DNA from: Callorhinchus milii
Taxonomy: Eukaryota
Assembly: GCF_018977255.1 (NCBI RefSeq)
Contig: NW_024704754.1
Coordinates: 19,096,001 to 19,160,000 of the forward strand
DNA length: 64,000 bases
Reading direction: 5' to 3'
A program made the translations under genes and the position numbers. Below the pieces are notes generated by a model, which was given only the letters and a program-made list of their open reading frames with translations, was not told the DNA's origin and did not search any database. Shown here one piece after another: positions 12,990-38,498 of the stretch. How positions within the stretch are numbered: the first letter of the stretch is position 1; each line of letters begins with the position of its first letter.

Positions 12990-13250
12990 GTGATTGACTG
13001 ATTTTATTTGGGAGATTGTTGGCCAGGATCGTGAGAGAGAGAGAAACTCCCTTCTCGTTTTGAATAGCGCCGCAGGATCTTTAACGTCCATCTAAACAGG
13101 CAGATCGGAGCTCGGTTTAACATCTCATCCGAAGGACAGATTCTCCAACAATGCAACACCCCCCAGCACTGCGTTGGGGCGTCAGCTTTGTCTAGATGAT
13201 TCCAAGTCCCGACGGGCTTGAACCCACAACCTTCTGAGTCGGCGACGAGA
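12990..13250 (-). mobile_element. Older SINE with Deu-like core
   Basis: Reverse complement of GATGAGATGTTAAACCGAG..CTGCCTGTT..GGACGTTAAAGATCC. Degenerate copies occur at ~5760-5900, ~21120-21420, ~24990-25320 and ~37560-37740. Confidence 0.6.
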
Positions 13251-14710
13251 GAGAGCTATAGATCTTGACTGGCCAGGGGTGGCAGAGGGGGAGTGCCTCT
13301 GGCAGGCCTGACTCATTTTCCTTTTGGTGAGATTGCCAAAGTTGTGCTGAATTCAGGTCAGCTGTGTGCTGTGAAGCTTACACCCACTCGGAACTGGCTT
13401 GAAGCTGCCCAAACCAACACACGGAAACTCCTCCAAGCCAGCAGACACAGAAGACTTTCATCCCACTTCCCACATCAGCCTGGACACAAGCCCAGGTTCC
13501 TAAGCTAAGTCATCAGAAGAATTTAACATATCTTGTATTTTCTTAAGCGGTGCAAAGACCAGGCATGAATCGATGAGATTAATGGAGTTTTACAAAACAT
13601 TGCCAGTTTCTATTTATTTTGCAATCAACTTTGTATTAGAAGACTTTCTCATGTGAAGGACTGAGCCTATTGATCAGTGTCCACTCCCTGCTCATACCTT
13701 GTGCTTGACAGGAAACCTTTCCCAGAACCAGCCTTTATACCTGTTGTCACACTCTAACCATCCTTTGAACAAGAAGTTACACTGAGCTGCCTTTAATGTC
13801 TCAATTTAAAAATGTTAAAAAAAATAATAAATTGGTCACTCAATCCACGAGTGTGTGGGTCGCTGCTGTGCGCAATTGGCTGCCGCGTTTCACCCACAAA
13901 ATATAGTCAATTCACTTTGCAGTATATTCTGTGAAGCACTTTGAGATGTCTCGAAGATGTGAAAATGCACTGTATCAAATGGAAGGATTATGATGATGAT
14001 GATGATCCTCCAGGCTATTTGGAAGCAGAGCAATGTCTCCCTGTCCTGATCCTTGCTCCTCCCTCATCCAAACACCCAGATCAGTGAGTCTCTCACCACA
14101 AAGCTGTGCTGGTGCAGATAAGCTGCTGTGTTTTCCCACAGAACAGTGACTTCAAAGATCCCTGAGCGTTTTGAGATGTTTTGAAGCGATGAGGCACTTG
14201 ATCAAATGCAAATCTAATGTAAAGATTTTCTTTCCAAACTCTGACCCTTTTAATCTACATTAGAGCTTTAGGACCAGAGGGCTTTAGGCGGGCTGGCTCG
14301 TGTCATCAGCAGGACTGCCCTCTCTCTCTGCCTGGTGTACGCAGACTGCTCAGTACTGAGTTGCAATGGATCGGGTCAAAGCATTTGTTTGAACAGCTTC
14401 CCGACTTTTCTCTTGTTTTGTGGGGTGGAGGAGAGAGGTCAGTTTATCCATTAAATGTTTCGGATGTTTGTCGGCTGTTTGGTATTTAGAAATGTTAAAC
14501 AAGAAGATTCCATTGGAACTAGGAGGCGATGGGGAGAGGATGACAGAGCCTGCGTGTGTGTTTGTGTGTGAGCTGTGTTCGTGTGTGTGTGTTTGTGTGA
14601 GTTGTGTGCATGGGTTCAGTATGTGAGTGTTGTGGCCTCTGGAGGTAAGAAAGCTGTGGATTGGAGCCCCCACCCAGGGCTTGAGTTCACTCTGACACTC
14701 TGGGGCTCGT

Positions 14711-15262
14711 CCTTGCATTTGATATAGCGCCTTATCACATCGTTGAGATGTCTCAAAGCACTTCACAGAATATACTGGAGTCCTGAAGCTCAGTGGTTAG
14801 AACGTTCACCTCGCAAGCAATAGACCTGAGTTTGATTCCCAGCAGGGCGAAACCTTGGGCAAGTTTCCTTATTCCACGCGCCTAATAATAATCACTCAAG
14901 AAAACAATCAATAATAAATTTGTGGGACGCTGCTGTGTGCAATTGGCTGCTGCACTTCACCCACAAATATACAGTCAATTCACTTTACAGTATATCCTGT
15001 GAAGAGCTTTAAGACATCTTAAAGACATGAAAAGTGCTATATCAAATGCAAGGATTATTATTATTACTGTAAAGTGGAGTGACTGTGTATTTTCTGGATG
15101 AAACACGACAGCCAATTGCACACAATAATGTTCCACAAACAGTCGTGGATTGAGTGACATGATTCTTTAGGGTGGAAGCATTAACAGCAGGCTCCTACTT
15201 ACTGCTAGGAAAACAGAGGCGTGTGAAATAAGGAAACTTTAACCACTACACTACAGGACTCC
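14711..15262. mobile_element. Cluster of tRNA-SINE pieces: minus-strand tail, plus-strand copy (14777-15066), minus-strand body and head
   Basis: The same family is present in both orientations, consistent with one SINE inserted into an oppositely oriented one. Confidence 0.7.
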
Positions 15263-16916
15263 ACACCTGGATAAAGAGCAGGGCTTTTCTCCCAGAGGTC
15301 CAATATTCTTCCTTCATCCAAAATAATCATAAAAGACATGAATTGATCATTCATCCGTTTCTGTGTGAGGAGTATTGCTGCCAATTTGTCTAGATAACAG
15401 TCACTATATCTCTGCAGGTTAGTTATGCTATTGCTGTAATTTAGCAGAGAGTTTGACTTGTTCTGCGGAGGCTGGATTAGTGGGGGGTAAATGGACTCCA
15501 GGTCATATTACAACCAACAGCATCCTGGAGTCAAGATGTTCAACTAAACTCCACCTCAGGAAAGTTTGTGAAATGTAAAGAGTTTGTGGAGCTGAAACAT
15601 GGGCCCCGTTTGCTATTTGTTAGTCTCTCAGTGTGTTCCTTGGAAGTTCAGAGATGAAGACAGAATAGGAAGACAGTAAGTAAGGTGGAATGGGTTCTTA
15701 CTGGCGACCAGAAACTGATCATTAAAGTTAAACTTTGCAGTGAGGAAGCAATCAAATGATGTGCCTTTGACCCTTCCCGGCCCGACCCGGCCCGAGAGTG
15801 CTGATGGGATTCAAGTTTTATTCTTGTTTCCGCGTTAGAAAGTGTGAAAGATTGTAAACTCAACCGTTACTTGGGGAGATCTGGAAATGGCTGTGGAGCG
15901 GCCGGGGGAGGAGGAGTTCGAGGGGGAGAGAGGGGGTTAGGCTGGGAGAATCGTTCCTTCGGGAGAAGATATTAACCCAACATGTCAGTTGCAGGAAGGA
16001 GGTGGGGCTTGCCTGACATTGTGTTGTTATAGTCGGGGGCCCTGGTCGGTCAGTCACTGCTGTGGAATTCCACACAACTCAGCCAGCTCAGCTCACTGAG
16101 GTTTGCCTGACGGCTCACATCAGTTTGGCAAACAACAACAACAACTTGCATTGACACAGCGCCCCTCACACAGGGCAGCGTCCCAGAGCGCTTGACAGTG
16201 GTGGAGCTCGACACCGGAGCAGACTCCCGGATGAGTCTGGGGGGAGGTGAATGTAGACATGATCAAAGAGGAAGGTCGTCAGGCTTGACCTGAAGTTGGG
16301 GAAGGAGGGGGGCAAGGCAGAGGGATAGAGGGAGAGTGTTGCAGAGTTCAGTATTAGGGGGAAGAAAATCCCTATTTTAGTTTCTCCTCCAACTTGCCCT
16401 TGACAGTGAGTGTCGAGGGGTCAGGGGTACTTGGGAATTGTTCGGGATTTGCGAGACCTGGAGTTTATTTAGACTGACTATTGAGAAATCTGGGCCCGGG
16501 TAGGGCTGAGGTGTCCAGAGCTAGTTGCCAGGATGGAAGTTGTGGAATAATTCAGCAAGTTGGGTAATGCCAAGCTTGGGCTCACACTCCTGCAGAGCGT
16601 GAGAGGAAGGGGAGAGAGGGGCAAGTGGGAGCATTGTCTGGCTGTTGGGTGTGGGAGCAGTTCGATTGATTGGGATCTGCCCTAGAAATAACGGAAGTTC
16701 AGTGTCAATTGAGGATGATTTTCCTACGGTCAATTCCAACTCAATCAGACAGACCTAACCCACAGAATAGCAACAGCACCAGCCAAATGGCCAGCAGTGT
16801 TGAGCACTGTGTCTCCACCACAAGGTAAATGAGAAAAAGGTAGGGAACTCACACCTAACGTCACTCTTTGTGTCTTGTCTCAGCAGTGTCTCTGGATCCT
16901 GTTAGACTGCGTGAGG

Positions 16917-28200
<11,284 letters not shown>

Positions 28201-28947
28201 CATTCCCACCCTGATTTCCAGCTCACAAAATAACGGAGATAAAAAGGGAAAGTGGGATTCGGTGACTGGAAAGTCAGCCTGCAGGACCCCACAGCTTCCA
28301 CCTTCACAGGCTGAAATCTCTTATGGTTTTAGCCCTAAAACACTTGTCTTTAAATTGACAATTGTACAAAGTTTTTGGGGATCTAAATCTAAATTTAATG
28401 TAAAAGCTGGTTATTATATAACAAACCATGAAAGGCGCTTTGTTAATGCAAATATACAATACGCAAATACTGTAATAATATTATATTAAAAGATTAGGCC
28501 AGAAGAATCGCTTCCTCAGCTTTGAAGTCAGTGAGCTGTGGGTGGGGAAAGTTCAACTTTCAAGTTAATCAAACGTTTATTTCTATATATATATATTGAC
28601 TTATGTGCAAGTGAAAGGCTATTAGTTGATAAAAGATCTCCGATGTCCTACCTCTCTCTCTATATATATATATATATATCTTTATCCCATCTTTTTCTAT
28701 TGTATCAATGCTACTATGGTTATTGATCTATTGTGCCTCCTTAAGTGCCAGACATTCTGTCCCTCACACTGTCAAGTGTCATGTTTTAGGGGTTTACACA
28801 GCAGCATTTGGAACCGGCCAGGTGGCCCTTTGTTCCCACAATTAATCTGCCTTTAACACTACCAATAACACTACCAATGTATTTGGAATAGTTGTGGAGT
28901 CTTTTCGCTCTGCGTCATTTCTAAGCCTAATAGAGCTATTTACAGTA

Positions 28948-29197
28948 GAGCGAAACCTTGGGCAAGTTTCCTTACTCCACACGGCTGATAATAATCCCTC
29001 AAGAAAAAAACAAACAATAATAATTTGGTCACTTCAATCCACGACTGTTTGTGGGACGCTGCTGTGCGCAATTGGCTGCCTCGTTTCCCCCACAAATATA
29101 CAGTCAATTCACTTTACAATATATTCTGTGAAGCGCTTTGAGACGTCGAGAAGACGTGGAAAGCGCTATATCAAATGCAATGATTATTATTATTACA
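28948..29197 (+). mobile_element. 5'-truncated tRNA-SINE inside the PDGFRB 3'UTR
   Basis: GCGAAACCTTGGGCAAGTTTCCTTAC..GCGCTTTGAGACGTC..ATTATTATT matches the 7029 and 9865 copies. Confidence 0.8.
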
Positions 29198-30074
29198 ATA
29201 GAGGAGTGTAGATGAAGTATAAGGGAATGTTGTAATACATTCCCATTTCTAATGAGGTACTTTTCACAGTCAAAATTAATTATGTATCTTATTTAATCAC
29301 CTTGTACTTGGGGATATGTGAGCGCTGAGCTGGAGTGGGCTCAGATAACAAGGTGAAATGTGTCTTTAATCTAAGGAAATCCAGCCTTTCGAAGGGTTTC
29401 CTGATGGCTGAGTTGATAAACTCACTTTCCAGTGTGGAATTGAACCACCCAGACCAGGAAGGTCCTGGGTTTGATCCCGTTTTGTGCCAATTTCAGTTGG
29501 GACAGATGTAGGAGCTACGTTTGACCTGAAGTTCAGGGAAGAGGGGGAAAACACTCCAAGGTTCCTGCGGAGAATTCCTGCTGGGAAGTTTCCACACGTG
29601 GTTGTTGGGTGAGGACAGAAGCTGAAGCTCGAAGTTTGACTTTTGTGGACCTAAATCCGCATCATGAGATAAAACTGCGGAAATGGAAGATACACTGCAA
29701 CGTCAGCTTCGTGTTTTAAACACAAACTCATCCGGCAATACGTCCGCATTGGTCCAGTTGCTATTAAGAACTACATCCATCCCTCAACCTAACTTTGTGT
29801 GTGTGTGTGTGTGTGTGTGCAGCCCTGACACTCCCTGCCATTCAAAAGACACAGATAGAACGTGGACTAAAGCAGAATCATTGTAGCTTTCATTTTATTT
29901 GTTTTCCTCAGATTTTGTTTATTAACAATGGTACGGAACAATGTTTTTTCTTAAAAAAAAAGGCAAGAACATACAAGACATTCCATCGTGTATAATCGAT
30001 TTAAGTAATTGAGTTGTTCGGAGATGTCCATCTCTGTTCAGTGATGTATTGTTGGTTTATCTTGTTTTATATTA

Positions 30075-30080
30075 AATAAA
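30075..30080 (+). terminator. Probable PDGFRB polyadenylation signal AATAAA
   Basis: AATAAA at the end of an AT-rich ~1.9 kb 3'UTR-like stretch, followed by a T/GT-rich downstream element. Confidence 0.55.
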
Positions 30081-30319
30081 CCACGTTATTTTCTATCTGT
30101 TCATCTCCTGTGTTGTATCTTCACACGGTCCACAAAACACAGTCACTACACTTTACAGTATATCCTGTGTTTTAAAGACTTTGAGACGTATCAGCAACAT
30201 GATCAGCGCTGTGTCAAATGCAAAGGTTATTATCATTATTATTATTGTTATTATTATTATTGTTGTTTTATATGATATTTAAGTTTGACTTTCCCAGCAC
30301 GTGCTGTCAGGGTCACAGG

Positions 30320-30440
30320 GTCAGGGTGGGGGGCGGGGCACAGGCCGGATGTGGAAGTGACGTCAAGCCTGAAACCGCTCTATGCGGGCGCTGGGGGAGC
30401 GGAAGTCACGTGGGGGCGCCGGGCGGAAGTGGTGGCAGGG
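30320..30440 (+). promoter_or_regulatory. Housekeeping-type promoter of DELE1
   Basis: GC box GGGGCGGGG, three ETS/GABP-like GGAAGT motifs, CRE TGACGTCA (30358-30365) and E-box TCACGTG, directly before ATG 30441. Confidence 0.7.
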
Positions 30441-33400
30441 ATGTGGCGGCTGAAGGCGCTGGTGGTCAGAGGTGAGACCCGNNNNNNNNNNNNNNNNNNN
30501 NNNNNNNNNNNNNNNNNNNNNNNNNNNNNNNNNNNNNNNNNNNNNNNNNNNNNNNNNNNNNNNNNNNNNNNNNNNNNNNNNNNNNNNNNNNNNNNNNNNN
30601 NNNNNNNNNNNNNNNNNNNNNNNNNNNNNNNNNNNNNNNNNNNNNNNNNNNNNNNGGAGAGAGAGGAGAGGGGAGAGAGAGGGGGAGAGAGAGAGAGGAG
30701 AGGGGGGAGAGAGAGGGGGAGAGAGAGAGGGGGAGAGAGCGAGAGAGGAGGGGGGGANNNNNNNNNNNNNNNNNNNNNNNNNNNNNNNNNNNNNNNNNNN
30801 NNNNNNNNNNNNNNNNNNNNNNNNNNNNNNNNNNNNNNNNNNNNNNNNNNNNNNNNNNNNNNNNNNNNNNNNNNNNNNNNNNNNNNNNAGAGAGAGAGAG
30901 CGGTTGGGGGGGGAGGGAGAGAGGTGGTCGGAGAGGGGGGGAGAGAGCGGTTGGTGGGGGGGAGGGAGAGAGAGAGGTGGGGCAGACCAGTCACTGGGGG
31001 CAGGCTCCCCCTCTGTCACCCTCGGCTCCCGGTAACCCTGCAGCCAAAGCCCTCCCGGGGAGGGTGGTCCGAGCTGGACAAGCCGCGGGAAAGCCGGCCG
31101 GAACAGCTCGCCTGTGGTTTGGAGACTCGGACACAGTGGGTGGTTGGGCTTCCACACGTGTGTCGGACACTCGGCTGATCAAAACAATAAACACTTGCGT
31201 GTACGTTCCCCCCCACCCCCCACTCCCCACCCACCCACACCCGCCATTCTCAGTGCTGGACAATCTTTGTGCAGCGGTTTGAGATGTTGTCCAGGGTGAG
31301 TCTGAGCGTGTGAGGTTGTGCGGGAGAGGGAGAGGGAGAGGCTGCAATGCTTTGCAGACTTGTAAACATTCGTGCGACTAAAGGGAAGGAAAGTGACCAT
31401 GGCAAAAAGTTGTTGTTGCATTGCGTCAGGTCCCCACATGCGAGTGACGAGGAAAGCTGAACCTGATCTTGGCCACACGGTGGGGATGTCTCAATGTTGA
31501 CTCCAGGAGGAGCAGTAAACGGGTTGGTTTACGATAAACGCAGTAACTGATGATACAGTAATGACACTAATAATAACCTTGCATTTGGTACAGCGCCTTA
31601 TCGCGTCGCAAGAGCGTCTCTGTTTTCTGCCCCCACCCTTTGGAACTCCATTCCACAGTCCCTTCGCCTCGTCCCCTTCGAGTTACAACTCAAGACCCTC
31701 CTCTTCAACCGTGACTTTGGCCACCTTCCTACCCACACCTTCCCTGCCCCCCACCACCTACTGATCCCAACCCCAGCTCAGGTCCAAATCCCTGACTGTC
31801 CAGCGCCTTGGGACGTTCTCCCGACGTGAAAGGCACCGTGTAAATGTAAGTTGTTGTTGATGTCTGGGAAACGGAGCTTGTGAAATGCTAAGAACAGGCT
31901 TTCTAATCACTGACTATCACTTTTATTATTCAGCACTTCACCGCTGGCACATCACAGGCCCACCACCTCCGCTGCGGCTCCCACCCAGCCACCACGCTGA
32001 CGACGACTCGTTAAACCCCTCGTCTCTGATCTCAGGCCGCTTCACCCTCGACAGCAGGTTTGCTATTGAACCTTTAAACGCCTCAGTTTCATTGGGTTGT
32101 TTTGAAAATTGTCCTGAAGGAGAAATATTGCCAATTGTTGAGGTTTCACACAAACAGTGGATCCAGTGTTAAAAGCTCCCTTCCCTTTCCCTCTCTGGTG
32201 TTCTCAGTGTACCCCCTTCTCTGCGTGTACATCACTTGTGATTTTTCTGTTATCTGGTTAAATCTTTCAGCTCAGCAAAATCCCAGCATGGAGAGACCGG
32301 AGGCGGGAGACAAAAAACAAAGGAAGAGGGATTCCGGTTTTACTCCAGTCACTTGCCCCGGTATTCGGGATTGGATGCTGTGGGCTGGGTAAGGATCGGG
32401 CAGATCTCGGTCACTGTAACGCAATCATTGATCGTATTCCTCAACAGCTGGCAGAGTTGTTGTGGTTCATGTACAGCCCATTGAGGTGTGATCTGTAATA
32501 ATCTGCACATCCTGTGTTCCAGGGAGCGGCTGCTGTAGTCTTTGTACACCTAGCGAAGCATATCCATCAGCAGCTCTCTCACAAGCCCCGTCAGCGAGAG
32601 AGCCATCGCGGGTCAGTCCTCTGTGTCCGCAACATCATCGCTTCGGCCTTGGACCAGGATCGAATCGGTGAGTTTGGTTTGTTTTCTCCTCTGTGAGCTG
32701 GGAGGAACGTAGGCGGGAGGTATTTGGAAACAACGGAGCGGAAAAATAACTCCAGAAATCAGGAGGCAGTTTTTCACACAAAGCGTTGTGGAAATCTGGA
32801 CCTCTCCCTCCCCCAAAGGCTGTGGATGCTGGATTCATTCAAATAGTCAAGACCGAGGTGGATAGATTTCTGTTAAGTCAGAGTACCAAGGGATATGGGG
32901 CAAGGGCGGGTAATTGGAGTTGAGGTACAGATCAGCCATAACCAAATAGAATGACGGAACAGGCTCGAGAGGATGAATAGCCTCCTCCTGTTCCTCTGAA
33001 GCAGCTTTAGGTGATGATCGCGAGAGGTTTGGGTGAAGGACACCTATTTGATATCGTGCTCCCAGAACACCCACTACCATCCTCCCATTGCCGGCTGCTG
33101 TGCTGAGGGTTAAGTGATAGCCCAGGTGCTGTGTTTAATCTATTCCTTTTGTGTCACGTGTGTAGGCTGCTGTCGGAGTGTTCTGCCTCGTGTTGTGCTC
33201 GCTCACGCTGTCAGGGGCTCGACGGGTGGGAGATCGGACTCTGGGGGGGAATCGTCCCACTCTGAAGGCGAAGCTGCTTTGGGTACCAGCGCTGAGCAGC
33301 CACACCCCAGTCTGAACGTCCACTCAGGTCAGTGCCACAGAAACCCAGAGCTCGGTACAGATCCCACGGGAGTAATGGCAAAGATGGGAGCTTCCCTGTG

Positions 33401-36400
33401 TCCTCAGATTAGCTGCTCATCTCATGGCTGTATGTGGGACAAATGGGTGCCATGTTTCCCCACCAAACCAACCCACGCTGACCGGGACTAAATAGCTCTG
33501 AGAACCCCCACTCCCCCACCTCGGTGCAGCTCCAGCCAAACGGAGCAGCCAAGTTCAGCTCAGAATCCGGTCACTGTACTACTAAGAGTTGCTCTTAGCC
33601 TGTGACGTCCTGCAGCACAGAGCCAGAATCACTCTTTGTGCAGCGGGTAAAAGCAGTTGATTTGCCAGTACTTTCCGTGCGTCTCTCACTCGGAGTGCGC
33701 AACTCCCCCAGAATAGAACAAGCGTCATGTGCCGCTGTTTGTTTGTGCCTCGCAGGTGATGTCCTGTTTGTGGACGACGTAGAGAATTTCACATCTGGTG
33801 CAGAGGGAGAGGAAGAGGAGCGCGGAAATGTGACGGTAATGGTCTGGAACACCAGGGAAACCGCCGTCTTAAGTAACAGTCTAATAATAACCTGACGCTA
33901 GCTTCCCTGGAGGAAGCTGCCTTCCTCTCTCTCCCGGAGCTCCATGTGTTTAGTAAAATAGAATCTGACCAGGTCGCTTCCGAAGTGTGAGCTCGTCGGA
34001 GAATTTTTACATCAGAAATCTACACCATTGCTCAGAGAAAGGAAAGAGTGTGAGTTTTTGTCTCTGACTTAGTGACCTGGGTTTCAGCTGATCAATAGCA
34101 GTGAGTTTGCCAGCATTTGGTTTGCCCCTCCCACCCCCAAAAACACAGGGCGGAGCATCACTTGCACCCAGCACACAAAGGGTGCGTCACTATGCGTGTA
34201 CTTTGAGTTATTATGATATAATAATAATCCTGACACTACCCATTGCTGGAAGCCATCAGCTTTGTGGTTGATATTCCTGCCAGGAAGAGCAGGTGCTGGT
34301 AACAAAGGCTGCCTTTATCATCCTGACCTGCACTAAACCCAGCTTGTTTGTGTAGAAAGAGGAATCAAATCCAGACGAGGTTTTACAGCAAGCTGCCTCC
34401 CACATGGACACAGTTGTGGGCTCCAGTATTTCCTCCATCATCAACATTATTGGTGAGTGGTCTAATGTTTAAATAATAATAATAATCCTTGTATTTGATA
34501 TCGCTCCTTATCACATCATTGAGATGTCTCAAAGCACTTAACAGGATATACTGTAAAGTGTAGTGACTGTGTTTCGTGGGCAAAAACGATGATCGGGTTG
34601 AATGTGAATCGTGAATTCTCTTTATTCTGTGCTGCACTGAATTAAAACTCCTTTGTGTGTTTCGCACCGAGTTGCTGGTTACACTTGGACAGAATGTGGG
34701 AATGTTCCCTTTATTTTAACCTTCGCTAAAACCCTTCTCCTCTCACTAGGGATTCAAAATGCCAAAGCCAAGGATGACGAGGCTGCCTTCTCCTGTTTCA
34801 AGCTGGCTGCCAGTCAGGGCTCCGCAAAGGCGCAGTATAACGTGGGGGTGTGCTATGAGCTGGGAAAGGGCATCAGCAAAGACATGACAAAGGTAAAGAC
34901 ACAGCAAACAATCATCGCACTCTTGAATAGCTGAAGACTGCAGCCAGTGTTTTTGTTAAGATCTCTCGACTTTATCTCAGAGGAGCCGGGTTTCCTGGAG
35001 AGTTTGAAGAAGGGAGGGGTGTTAGTTAGTAAGCTACACGTATTGACAGCCCCCCCTCTCACCCACTCCCCAGGCCGCCTTGTATTACAGCTACGCGGCT
35101 GCTCAGGGGCACAGCAGGGCTCAGTACTGCTGGGGGCGGCACCTCTTACATGGAAAAACGGGAAGTGAGACGAGGGACACTCGGAGAGCTCTGGAGCAAT
35201 TGGAAAAGGCAGCAAAGTCCGGCCTTAAAGAGGTAAGTGAATGAAATGTGAATGTGAGGTTCAGTGACTCTGCGCTGCACGTCACGTTACTCCAGACATG
35301 AAATGGAGCATTCTGAGAAACTCTTTTCCTCTCGCTGCCCCAGGCCCAGGCCCACCTCGGGGTTGTTTACTCCGAAGGTCCTCACCGCGATCAGCGGAAA
35401 TCCATCATGTATCTCAGGATGGCAGCAGACAATGGGGTAAGGCAGAATAAACCCAGCAGATTGATCGTGCACTTGTATTGACTGTAAGGACTCAATGGTG
35501 AGAGTTGTCATTGTTTGACAGGATTCCTGCAGTCAGTACCACCTCGGGCTGTGTTACCAGCAGGGATGGGGAGTGCAGACAGATGTCCGTCAAGCGGCTG
35601 AGCTGTACCACAAAGCAGCAGCTTCTGGACATCGGGACGCCCAGTGTGCACTCGGAGCATTGTACCAACAAGGCCTAGGAGGTTACGCAACCACTACATT
35701 ATCTGAGATCACTATTACAATGATGGGAGAGAGCAGGGAAGGTGGTTAGAGTAGAGAGCTTCAGTGTGAGAGCGATCACCAGTACAAACACAATGGGGAG
35801 AGAGAGAGAGAGCATGGAATGGGAATGGCCTCAAACATTTAATATCAGTTGAATAAAATTTTTAATCCAACATGAAAGGCGTTTTTACCGATGGTGAGAG
35901 TAGCTAAAGGGTTATTTGGAGATAGTTTTATCTCTTGGGAAGCCATTGTGTGATGCTGAATGAAGCTTCCTGGATGTGAATGTGTGTGTCTCTCTCTCTC
36001 CCCAACAATCTGTCCGTTCTGACCCTCAGGCCTTGCCGTGGACTATCAGCGAGCCCTGGAGCTGTACCAGAGAGCAGCCCGGGCAGGCAGTGAAGAGGCA
36101 GCAGAAAATCTACAGCATCTGATGGAAGATCTGCACATCAACGGTGAGTAGGACAGGCTCAGCTCTGAGCGAGAGGATGGGAGGTGACTGAGCGCAGTTG
36201 AAGATGTAGGTTTTAGGAGGGGATTTAAAGACAGGTAGAGAAAAAAAGAGAAGGGGCAAGACACAGAGGCAGTTCCAGAGGTTAGGGGCTGAAGAGGACA
36301 TTCATCGAGTTTAGTTTGCCATTGTCTACCCGAACTCTTCAATTCTAACTCCCTGTCATTTCTGCGCGTCCCTTAATTTTTATTACTTTCGGAGTGTCTC

Positions 36401-36828
36401 TCATTCCAAGCCTGTATCTGCCTAAGGGAGTCTATTTCATGTTCTCGCCCCCTTTGTGAAAAGATCAAGCGTTTAGAGGAATGTGGGGTTAGAGTAAATG
36501 GAGTCTGTGGTTAATAGCCTTTTGTTGCACAGATCTACATCCCAGGCACCGTGAAGGTGCAGCCCTGAAGTGTGTGGTGTCATGGCCATGTCTCTCTGCT
36601 CTGTCCGGACCACAGCCTAGGCACAGCCCGGGACCCTCCTCACTGACAGACATAGGGTGGTCTCTATCCCATTCTCGGAGTACCGGGAATCTCTGCCTCC
36701 CGCTTGCCAGTAAAGCCAGCCTCAGCCACAGACCTGAGCTCCTCACAGCGAACATCGCAAGCCTGGATCCCAGAGGAGCTTTTCCACTGAGCCATCCCAC
36801 AGGTTGCGGGATTAAAGGGGTTGGGTGA
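30441..36828 (+). CDS. DELE1: DAP3-binding cell death enhancer 1 (KIAA0141), SEL1/TPR-repeat mitochondrial stress sensor, ~573 aa
   Basis: Exons join(30441-30471,31934-32057,32271-32388,32523-32667,33166-33327,33756-33835,34356-34452,34750-34892,35074-35232,35344-35436,35522-35681,36030-36143,36533-36828). N-terminus MWRLKALVVRA, the DAVGWGAAAV motif, SEL1 repeats (AAFSCFKLAASQGSAKAQYNVGVCYELGKG etc.) and C-terminal HSRSTGNL. Tail-to-tail with PCDH12 as in mammals. The exon 6 donor (33835) is slightly uncertain. Confidence 0.92.
32695..32995 (+). mobile_element. CR1 LINE 3' end
   Basis: RRQFFTQSVVEIW-like ORF2 end followed by CAGGCTCGAGAGGATGAATAGCCTCCTCCTGTTCCT. Related ends occur at ~3695-3805 and ~4293-4460 (minus), and ~37085-37150 and ~40565-40666 (plus). 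Confidence 0.75.
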
Positions 36829-38498
36829 AGCCAGGTGTCCACTAACAGCCCTGTAACTGGTTGTCTGTTTGTGGTGGAGGCTGCACTGTAGCAAAGACTG
36901 TAATGTGAATTCTTATTGTCTGCCATTAGGACTTTGGACCTAAACCTGGCACAGCAAACACTGCAGGTCACAGATGTAGGACCTGGCTCTGTGTTGAGGT
37001 GACCGCTGCAGTGCTGACTGTGCTCATCCCGTATTTCCTTTGTACCTGGGGTAAGGTCCCCTATGCGGGGGCTGGATTCCGTCCAAATCAGCCACGATCT
37101 AATAGAATAATGAAACAGGCTCGAGGGGCTGAATGGCCACCTCCTGTTCCTAACCAGGACTGTGTGTCTCCACAGCCGCCACTTAGCACTGAGAGAAGAA
37201 AACACCAAACACAGGTGTTAATACTGCTCTCACACACCCCCCCACCCTGCGCAACAGCCTGTTGTGTGTAAGCCTCCAGATAATCCTATTATAAACCTCG
37301 GCAATTTTGCCTATCAATGTAAGGCACTAAATGTTTAAAAGCTGTTTGATTTGGGTGTAAAATGGTCCTGTTCAGTGTTGACCTTCGGCACCAGTCACTT
37401 CAGCAGCGGAGCTGTCCAATGGTCAGCTATAGCCCCTATGGGCTTATATATGCTGTGATGTGTTTACGCTGTGCCTGTTTTACTGACCCACGTTGAGAGC
37501 TGCTGCACTGCAGCTTCTCCCCTGACACTACCTGTTGCTGTGTGGCTTGTGTTAGTGTGACATGAGCTCACAGTCCAGGCTGACACTACAGGGGAGGGGG
37601 TTAGCACTTTGTTGTCAATGTCAATATCGAATGAGATGTTAAACCGAGTCTGTCTGACCAGGTGGACTTTAAAGGCCCCACGACAATTGGAAAAGAGAAG
37701 GGAGTTTGTTGATGTCCTGGCTAACAATCCTCCAAGTAAATCCCTCTTTCACCTCACAGCTCTTTAAAATGTCGTATTTGTCTACAAGGTCACTATCTTT
37801 AACAGGAGTGACTGTCCAGCACTTTGAGATGTTGCATCAAAATACAATGTTTCTGACAAACACTGTCAGGCTAATCACTGTGTCTGTTCCCCGCATTCAG
37901 TCTCTGGCTGGTCTTTGGGATCTGCATCCTCCTACAGTATAAGCTATGAGTGGCTCAAAAAATCTTTACCTTTTTATGAGATTACAGAAAGCTCTTACTC
38001 AGCGAGGCTGGATCTCCAAGAGAAGCTCACTGTTGTTTGCAGAGTTGTGGTCAATGTGTTATTTACGTCTAACCTGCAGTTAGTGAATGTGAGGACATCC
38101 TGTAGGTTTAACAGTGAGGAAGGGCTGTGTGATCAGACATTGGGCTTTTCCTGCCCAGGCCTTTCCAGACTCGCTTCATTTTATTCCTGGGAAGCCTGTT
38201 CCTGTCCTTGGTGCTTCTCTTCCCGAGGGGCTGTGTCCTGGAGCGGAGACCTGGGAGCAGCCAGGAGCTGATTGTGTCTGTGCTGGTGTAAGGCTCCCGG
38301 CTGGAGCTCTCTGCTCTGTGCAATAATGGTTTCTGACGGTGATTGTTCTCTCCCAGGAATCGAGTTGTCTTTCCTCCTGATTTAAGTACAATAACTGAAG
38401 GCGATGAATGTATAACATGTTATGTACCAAAGCTATGTGAGGTCTCACAGACCTGAGAGAGTTGCCTCTTTATATTCCACAGCTCTTGTTATTTTGTG

